Shown piece after piece: positions 36,751 to 43,503 of a stretch of DNA of 43,503 nucleotides (its first letter is position 1; each line of letters begins with the position of its first letter). The notes under the pieces were generated by a model. The model was not told the origin of the DNA. It searched no databases and worked only from the letters and a program-made list of their open reading frames with translations. This DNA comes from an uncultured bacterium (lineage in GTDB: Bacteria > Macinerneyibacteriota > Macinerneyibacteria > Macinerneyibacteriales > DSCS01): the NCBI GenBank assembly GCA_964548195.1, contig CAZJQC010000012.1, forward strand, positions 1 through 43,503, in the 5' to 3' direction. The position numbers and the translations under genes are program-made.

Positions 36751-37926
36751 ATGCCCCGCACATCGCTGTTCATCGAGACACATCTGGCGCAGGTGTCGAA
36801 AAAACCCGACAGGGCCTGCGGAGACACATGCCTGATAGACCGCGCGAAGGAAGTCACCACCATCATAGTCGCTGACGGCATAGGCTCGGGCGGACGCGCT
36901 CACATATACGCCACCATGTGCGCAAACCGGTTGATGGAACTCCTGAAACAGGGCTTTTCGGCCCATGAGTCATTCGAACGCGTCGTCGCCAGCATGCATG
37001 AAGCCAGAAAAAACGACGGCCCCTACGCGGTGTTCACATTGCTTAGAATACGCAAAAAAGGCGAGATATCAATATTGTCATATGAGATGCCCGAGACGCT
37101 GTTCATAGGACTGAACAGCCACGCGGGAGTGCTGCCGCGCAGGGCGCTTACCATGGCCGGAGAGGTGGTATATGAGTCAAACTGCTTTCTGGACCCCTCC
37201 GAATCCATCATGCTCGCAAGCGACGGCGTATCGCAGGCCGGACTGGGGACCACCCATCGCATCGGGCTCACCATGAAAGGGGCCGCCGAGATCGTAAACG
37301 ACTTCCTCAGAGAGGGCGCCGAAATACGCGAAATACCGCAGATGCTGCTCAGATACGTCCGGGAGATCAACGGCGGGACAAACGGCGACGATATCACAAT
37401 ACTTATGGCGAAGGCCAGGCCCGGCACAGTGCTTAACATATTGACCGGCCCTCCGGCGGACAGAGACCAGGACGGGGCCGCGGTAAGGGATTTTATGTCG
37501 CGCGAGGGATTCAAGGCCATATGCGGCTCCACCACCGCGGACATAGTCTCAAGGGAGACCGGACTGCCCATAAAGATGGAGGAAAACCCCAAAAGCCTCA
37601 TAGCCCCGCCCTGCTACTTCATGGAGGGGATCAACCTTGTCACCGAAGGCGCGGTCACACTCAACCAGGTCTTTAACATCATAGACAAGGACCCTTCCCT
37701 TTACAGACTGGACACCGGAGTGACACAGCTATGCTATTACATGCTCCTCGCGGACAGGATAAACATCATACTGGGAGGCGCCGAAAATGTCGCCCATGAG
37801 GACATATCCTTCATACAGCGCGGCATCACGCCCCGCCACAGCATCATAAGGATGGTGGCCGAAAAGTTGAGAATATTGGGAAAACTCGTTGTAATTGAGG
37901 AGCCCGGCGGCAAAAACAACCGGTAA
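36751..37926 (+). CDS. SpoIIE/PP2C-like Ser/Thr phosphatase (HfsC-like)
   Basis: CGD, VADGIGSG, ASDGV and GDDIT metal-binding motifs; C-terminal GPP..D, CGSTTA, LVTEGAVTL domain typical of Hfs-associated phosphatases. Confidence 0.9.
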   Translation: MPRTSLFIETHLAQVSKKPDRACGDTCLIDRAKEVTTIIVADGIGSGGRAHIYATMCANRLMELLKQGFSAHESFERVVASMHEARKNDGPYAVFTLLRIRKKGEISILSYEMPETLFIGLNSHAGVLPRRALTMAGEVVYESNCFLDPSESIMLASDGVSQAGLGTTHRIGLTMKGAAEIVNDFLREGAEIREIPQMLLRYVREINGGTNGDDITILMAKARPGTVLNILTGPPADRDQDGAAVRDFMSREGFKAICGSTTADIVSRETGLPIKMEENPKSLIAPPCYFMEGINLVTEGAVTLNQVFNIIDKDPSLYRLDTGVTQLCYYMLLADRINIILGGAENVAHEDISFIQRGITPRHSIIRMVAEKLRILGKLVVIEEPGGKNNR

Positions 37927-38009
37927 TGGCGTACCTACATCCTGGCGGACAAGCGCATATTGAGATAAAAACCTGTTGCGGAAGCACTTTTATGGGTTAA
38001 AATGTATGT

Positions 38010-41000
38010 ATGCGAGAAATTAACGGCCGTTTCCGGCTGCTGGAACAGATAAACGAAAACAATAATTTCCTGGTGTACAGGGCCGAGGATGTGCTGGAAC
38101 CGGGCCGCATGCTCATACTCAAGATCACGGCGTCAGAGGACAAGTTTCAGACAGACCTCATGTACAAGGAATTTATGGCCGGCGCCTATTACCGTCACCC
38201 GCTTCTGAGGCATGTAAAAGCATTGCACAGACTGCGGTCCGTAGACGGCCGTTTCCTCGAATCGCGCCGGACGTTCTATATAGCGGATTATTACCCCGGC
38301 CTGTTCACGTTGAACAGGGATAGCGAGTGCGGATTTATGAACGGCATATACGCCTTCATGCGCTTTCTCCATTCAAATGATACCTATCACGGGGACCTGC
38401 GCGTAAACAACATACTCGCCGGCGGCGACGGGCCCGTCTTTTTTGACATGAGCCCGCTGTTCGTAAACGAGAAGATGGGGCTCAGAAACGACCTGATAAA
38501 TATCTGTTCCATGATGAGGACGCTTGATTATGAACTGCCCGCGGAGGCGGAACGGAATGTCCTGGAAAGCAATGTGATGAAGGCCTCCGTCTCTGACAAG
38601 AGACAGCGTGAGATCTTGCTCAGCCATATGGCGCACTCACCCTTTCCGTCGTCCCTGATACTGAGTAAACGGGGCATAGGCGCCATACCGGGGAAGCGTT
38701 CCGGATTGAATGTCTATGATTACAGGTCTGCGGAAAACGCCCGCAGCTGGTATGAAGGGCTTCTGCCATTCCTGGAAGGCGCGGGCTATGAAAAATACGA
38801 CATACCCGGCGCGGCGGACGGGCTCGCTGAAGCCGTCTGCGGAACACTTTCGGGGCTGCTCTATTTCAACGGCGAAAACATCGGCGACAAAGAATTTTCA
38901 GATGAGGCGGAAAAGGTTTTTTTCTGCATAGACAAAGTACTATCCTTCGGCCCCGTCCTGCTCGCATTAGGGCCTGCCCGAAGATTTTCAGATAATGACC
39001 TTGAACTTATATCACTGATGGAAAGGCATTACGCATCGGATGACCTGGTCTTTGCGTTTTATTCCGACAAAAGACTCGCATGTGTGGAAAGGAACCTCGC
39101 TCAGGAGCCGCTCAATGAGGGGGAATGCAGAGATGCGGTCGCATATTACGCCTATCTTCTCAAGGATCACGGAAGTTCCGGAAAAGAACTGTTTGACTCG
39201 ACCGGCGGCGAACCGGCCCTGGCCGCTTCCCTTTTCCGCGGCATAGCGGACGGAGACTGCATCAATGTCCGCGGCGGCGTAGGTAATCTCGAAAAGGGCA
39301 GAGACTGTTTCAGGATCACATTTGATATCGGCGATGAGGAGGGGCCGGCCGGCCGTGGACTGGAAAGGGCCGTGGCCCTGGTGAAAGCCATGGGCGGGAA
39401 GATGCCGCTATGCGTGTATGAGCATGTCCCCGGGTCGCTGAGGGATGTGTACGACCGCCTGATAAAAAAAGGGGCGGCATATGCCGACGAAAGGTTTTTT
39501 AATATAAGGCTTCCCGTGCTGCTGAAGCACGGAGATAAACCGGATGCGGGCGTCGCGCGGGAAATTGAGTCGTTTCTTCAAGACAGGGCGTTCACGGAGA
39601 TCGATTATCTCGAGTCCTATGTGTTCCTTTCACTCAACTCGGGCAGCGGGGCCGCCGTTTATAAGAAGGCTTCGCATTTTTACTCCACGCTGTCCGAAAG
39701 AAAAAAATCGGAGAATTACGAACTGTTTTTCAGAATATTCCAGCATTTTGACAGATTCAGGGACGAACTTAATGGGATAAACCTTTTTGATCTCTATTTC
39801 CACATCAATAAGATGGATTTCAACAGCATGTACGAACATGATTATATACTGGAACAGATGAAAAAATATGCCGATACGCCGGAACGGAAGATCATCTGCG
39901 AATGCACGCGCCTGACATACGACGAAAACGCCTCACTTGCAGACGCCGAAGCGCTGCTGCCCGTGATGGATAAATTGTTCGCGAAGAAAAACGGGCTCTG
40001 GGCCTTTGTGCTCCAGCATTATATGCATAAGCTGAAGTTCCTTGGCGAGTATGAAAAGCTTGAAGAGATATACGGCCGGTTTAAGGAGAGGCTTGAGGGC
40101 GTATCGCCGGAATATAAAATGAGCGTCCTTAACGAGATGTTTTCATCCTATATGGATAAGATGCAGCTTCCCGAACTGCGCGACACGTCCGCGCGCATGC
40201 TGGCTGTCGTGGAAAAATATCCGGACGACCTGGGCGAGAGCTCGCTTTTCACAGCCTATAATAACCAGGCCATAGTGCTGAGACGGTCGGGGGAGACAGA
40301 AGAGGCGCTGAAGTATTATGACAAGGGCCTTGAGATAGCGGAAAGACTGAAAAACTACCGATATATAGGCATTGTCTCCATAAACATAGGTGTGATACAC
40401 TATTACCGCGGCGATTATGAGAAGTCATCGGAATTCTGGTCGATATCCCTTAAAGCGGCGGAACGGTCAAAATCGTATTTTTCCATCATCACAAATTCAA
40501 TAAACCTCTCTCTTATACACAAACTGCTGCATCAGTATGAGAGGGCGCTGCAGATATTCGCCAAGGCCCAGCCCTATCTGGAAAGGGTAAACGCCTCAAG
40601 GGAGAACTGCAAGATCAATCTGCTGTACGCGGATATGCTGATGGAGGTGGGTGATTTTGCCGGCGCTTTCGCGCATATGGAAGACGCCGCGGAATTTTAC
40701 GAGAGCCGCGAAAGCCTTCGCGTGAGCTATGAATATTACGATGTGATGGTCTCGCTGCTGTACCTCACAAAAGGGAAAAAAGCCGCGGAGGCTTATGTGC
40801 GTTCAATCGCAAAAAGGTTCACCGGCGAGGAAGATGAGGTCTATCTCTCCCATCCGCTGATGACGCTGGCCCATGTGGCGTTCTGCGCGGGGGATTATCC
40901 CCTTGCCCGCCAGTACATCGAAAGGATAGACCCCGAAAAATTTGACGCAGACGAGGACAGCAACGCGGAGACGTATAATATAGTCAGATACCTGACAGGT

Positions 41001-42752
41001 GTTTCAGAGTCCTTCGAGGAAAGCGTCGAGTCCCGATTCGCCGGCTATTCACTCTCACTGCTGCGGCTCCATGCAATGGTGGTGAGCAGGACGGAAAGAG
41101 ACGCCCTCTTTTTTGAATATGCGGGCGAGATGCTTTTGATCATGAAGAACTGGCTTGCGAATATACCGTTTCAGTACAGAGACTCTTTTGTGGAGAATAA
41201 CGCCGAATGGGGTTGCCATTACCGCTTCCTTAAAGGACTCGGATACGATCCTGTGGGTTTCGACCCGGAAATATATCACAACATACACAGAAAGAACGCG
41301 GAAAGGCATCTGATAGCGCATAAAAAGGCCGTGCTTCTGGATTACAGGATGTCGCCGATGAGCAGAGGCGAGGAGCTGTATGATTCCCTGCTTAGGAAGT
41401 TCCTGGACCTAAGCGGCATGACCAGAGGCGCATACTTCGAATATGACATGTACAAAGGATGGCAGAACATACTGTCAGTCGAGACCGCGCCCCGTTTTCA
41501 CGCACCCGTGCCCATGCGCACCGAGTTGCTGAATGAAATACTCTTTGAAGACACACATACCGAAATACTCTGGCAGGCGGAAAAAAACCCCAACGGCAAA
41601 AACCTGACCGGCATCATGATCATACCCATACTCGATATAGAAAAACTCGGCAGAAACAAACAGGCCGGGCAGGAAAGCAGACAGTCAAGTTTTCATTACT
41701 TCGCCCTGAAAGGGTGCTTTTATATGGACACCACAAGGCTGCTGTTGTATCCCGGCAGGGAGATCGTCGACGGGCTCGGCCCGCTCAGGGATTATGTCAA
41801 TGCCGCGGCATATTATGAATACCTCAAGGAAACCGCATTGCTTGACAAGCTCACGGGCCTTTACAAAAGGGAACATTGGATAGACCTCTCCCGTAAAAAC
41901 CTGGAGTTCTGCCGGAAAAACGATCAGCGGCTGGTGGTCACGATAATGGACCTGGACCACTTTAAGAACATAAACGACAGATACGGCCACTCGCGGGGGG
42001 ATAATGTGCTGCGGGACATGGGCAATCTCGTCAAAAAGACCGTCAGGACGGCCGACATAGTGGGGCGATACGGCGGCGAAGAGATATCGCTCACGATGCT
42101 GATACCCCATGGGGTCAGCCCCGGAAAGATCGTGGACAGGGTAAGGAGCGTCGTCGAAAGGTCTTCCATGAACCAGAAATACAACCTTACCTGCAGTTTG
42201 GGGTATGCGGTCTATCCGGAAGACGGAAACGACCTTGAGACGCTGACAGAACAGGCAGACGCCGCCCTTTTTTACGCGAAGAAGACGGGCCGCAACAGGA
42301 CCGTAAGATGCACCGAAATACCGCCGGAAGAAACCGGTGACACATACAGGAAAAAGAACATCATAGACGACCCCGTGAGAGAAAAAGAGAAAATAGCGGC
42401 TTTGCTGGCTCTTGAAGAGATCGAATCCTGCTCCTATAAGACGCCGGCGCTTATGAATACGGTCTATGACATACTCGTCGAGATGTTCCGTGTGGACAGG
42501 TTCCATGTCTATGTGACACGCGGCGGAAAGACAGAGTTTTTCGGCAAGGACGCCTCTGAGGAATATGCCGGAAGGCCGGCTGTAGATATGCCGGAAGAAT
42601 ACAGGGCAGGCGACTATTCATTCGGCCCGGATACCGCCGTAAGTGTGTTTATGGAGATCAATTCGGAACGGTATTCCATGAAAAGAGACAGGCCGTATTT
42701 CGCATTGCTCGGCAGGGCCGTCGCAAGGCTCGTATACCTGTCCGGTTGCTGA
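38010..42752 (+). CDS. Multidomain signalling protein: kinase-like, degenerate STAND-like, TPR, GAF-like and GGDEF diguanylate cyclase
   Basis: INGRFRLLEQI..LKI..HGDLRVNNIL..FD; TPR (AYNNQAIV..EEALKYYDKGLEIA, SINIGVIHY); DKLTGLY, DLDHFKNINDRYGH, RTAD, RYGGEEI, ADAALFYAK..GRN. Confidence 0.88.
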   Translation: MREINGRFRLLEQINENNNFLVYRAEDVLEPGRMLILKITASEDKFQTDLMYKEFMAGAYYRHPLLRHVKALHRLRSVDGRFLESRRTFYIADYYPGLFTLNRDSECGFMNGIYAFMRFLHSNDTYHGDLRVNNILAGGDGPVFFDMSPLFVNEKMGLRNDLINICSMMRTLDYELPAEAERNVLESNVMKASVSDKRQREILLSHMAHSPFPSSLILSKRGIGAIPGKRSGLNVYDYRSAENARSWYEGLLPFLEGAGYEKYDIPGAADGLAEAVCGTLSGLLYFNGENIGDKEFSDEAEKVFFCIDKVLSFGPVLLALGPARRFSDNDLELISLMERHYASDDLVFAFYSDKRLACVERNLAQEPLNEGECRDAVAYYAYLLKDHGSSGKELFDSTGGEPALAASLFRGIADGDCINVRGGVGNLEKGRDCFRITFDIGDEEGPAGRGLERAVALVKAMGGKMPLCVYEHVPGSLRDVYDRLIKKGAAYADERFFNIRLPVLLKHGDKPDAGVAREIESFLQDRAFTEIDYLESYVFLSLNSGSGAAVYKKASHFYSTLSERKKSENYELFFRIFQHFDRFRDELNGINLFDLYFHINKMDFNSMYEHDYILEQMKKYADTPERKIICECTRLTYDENASLADAEALLPVMDKLFAKKNGLWAFVLQHYMHKLKFLGEYEKLEEIYGRFKERLEGVSPEYKMSVLNEMFSSYMDKMQLPELRDTSARMLAVVEKYPDDLGESSLFTAYNNQAIVLRRSGETEEALKYYDKGLEIAERLKNYRYIGIVSINIGVIHYYRGDYEKSSEFWSISLKAAERSKSYFSIITNSINLSLIHKLLHQYERALQIFAKAQPYLERVNASRENCKINLLYADMLMEVGDFAGAFAHMEDAAEFYESRESLRVSYEYYDVMVSLLYLTKGKKAAEAYVRSIAKRFTGEEDEVYLSHPLMTLAHVAFCAGDYPLARQYIERIDPEKFDADEDSNAETYNIVRYLTGVSESFEESVESRFAGYSLSLLRLHAMVVSRTERDALFFEYAGEMLLIMKNWLANIPFQYRDSFVENNAEWGCHYRFLKGLGYDPVGFDPEIYHNIHRKNAERHLIAHKKAVLLDYRMSPMSRGEELYDSLLRKFLDLSGMTRGAYFEYDMYKGWQNILSVETAPRFHAPVPMRTELLNEILFEDTHTEILWQAEKNPNGKNLTGIMIIPILDIEKLGRNKQAGQESRQSSFHYFALKGCFYMDTTRLLLYPGREIVDGLGPLRDYVNAAAYYEYLKETALLDKLTGLYKREHWIDLSRKNLEFCRKNDQRLVVTIMDLDHFKNINDRYGHSRGDNVLRDMGNLVKKTVRTADIVGRYGGEEISLTMLIPHGVSPGKIVDRVRSVVERSSMNQKYNLTCSLGYAVYPEDGNDLETLTEQADAALFYAKKTGRNRTVRCTEIPPEETGDTYRKKNIIDDPVREKEKIAALLALEEIESCSYKTPALMNTVYDILVEMFRVDRFHVYVTRGGKTEFFGKDASEEYAGRPAVDMPEEYRAGDYSFGPDTAVSVFMEINSERYSMKRDRPYFALLGRAVARLVYLSGC

Positions 42753-42871
42753 CCCGCCTGAGTCCCGTTCCGCTCATCGCATGCATATGCGTTTTTCTGT
42801 TGAATTACCCGCAAACCGTATTATCCTGTTTGTGTTGACGATGAGTCATAAACGATATTAAGGAGGCTGTT

Positions 42872-43503
42872 ATGACCGTACCCGAGAAGTTGAAGGCATT
42901 GCGCGCGCTTATGAAAGCGCAGGGCGTTTCCGCCTATATCATACCGAGTTCCGACTATCATCAGAGCGAGTACACGGCGGATCACTGGAAGAGCAGACGA
43001 TGGATATCGGGTTTCACCGGTTCCGCCGGCACTGTTGTGGTCACCGGAGACAAAGCCGGACTGTGGACGGACGGACGCTATTTCATACAGGCGGAAGCGG
43101 AACTCGAGGGCAGCGGCATAGCGCTGTTCAGGATGTTCGACCCCGGAGTGCCGTCATATCAGGAGTGGATAGCCGGCGCGTTAAAAAAAGGCGATAAAGC
43201 CGGTTTTGACGGCAGAGTAGTCTCCGCCGCAGACAGCCGCTCGCTGCTGTCATGCCTGACGCCCAAAGGCATAGGCCTGGATTTTTCAAAAGACCTTGTG
43301 GGCGATATATGGACGGACAGGCCGGCGCTGCCGTCCGCCGAAGTCTTTGTGCATGAGACTGAGTTCGCGGGTGAATCAAGGACTGAAAAGCTCGCAAGGG
43401 TGCGGGCCGAGATGGCCGATAAAGGCGCGACTGTGTATCTCCTTACCACGCTTGACGACATAGCATGGCTTTATAACCTGCGCGGCGGAGATGTGGACAA
43501 CTG
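42872..43503 (+). CDS. Aminopeptidase P (Xaa-Pro aminopeptidase, M24) family, 3'-truncated by window edge
   Basis: Not in the ORF track (no stop in window). AAGGAGG RBS; MTVPEKLKALRALM..IPSSDYHQSEY..ISGFTGSAG..LWTDGRYFIQA..LDDIAWLYNLRGGD. Confidence 0.93.
   Translation, partial: MTVPEKLKALRALMKAQGVSAYIIPSSDYHQSEYTADHWKSRRWISGFTGSAGTVVVTGDKAGLWTDGRYFIQAEAELEGSGIALFRMFDPGVPSYQEWIAGALKKGDKAGFDGRVVSAADSRSLLSCLTPKGIGLDFSKDLVGDIWTDRPALPSAEVFVHETEFAGESRTEKLARVRAEMADKGATVYLLTTLDDIAWLYNLRGGDVDN

Noticed and set aside
452..43461. Many antisense and alternate-frame ORFs in the track (e.g. 692..1417, 4352..5182, 10818..11555, 31564..32571, 33004..34101, 41685..42506)
   Set aside because: They lie inside well-supported genes, lack recognisable motifs and are expected shadows of GC-biased codon usage.
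1..43503. tRNA, rRNA, IS/integrase, prophage, CRISPR array, selenocysteine recoding
   Set aside because: None seen; intergenic gaps are short and explained by promoters or terminators, and no in-frame TGA interrupts a conserved Cys motif.

Overview
This 43.5-kb window looks like core-genome DNA from an anaerobic, probably diderm bacterium; the FlgD/'PNPFNP' C-terminal domain and outer-membrane barrel suggest an FCB-like envelope (inference). In order it contains: a TPP-riboswitch-controlled thiamine salvage operon (thiW-thiD-thiM-thiE), a lipoprotein, trmL and ddl; a four-gene envelope operon (TPR-like lipoprotein, 1371-aa FG-GAP/FlgD surface protein, tandem-FecR protein, beta-barrel); a degenerate-exonuclease/DinG/SF1 double-helicase fusion; and a large hydrogen-metabolism region. 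That region has a six-gene [FeFe]-hydrogenase operon with two NuoE-like and two contrasting NuoF-like subunits for one HydA, then hydG, an ornithine decarboxylase, a HEAT-repeat protein, and rex-hydCBA followed by an Hfs/HydS H2-sensing module. The window ends with a kinase/degenerate-STAND/TPR/GGDEF gene and a partial aminopeptidase P. Rex-like operators precede all three hydrogenase-related transcription units. The strongest novelty candidates are the dual-beta-subunit hydrogenase, the double-helicase fusion and the envelope operon. I saw no mobile element, CRISPR array, rRNA or tRNA. All calls are from motif recognition by eye; no searches were run.
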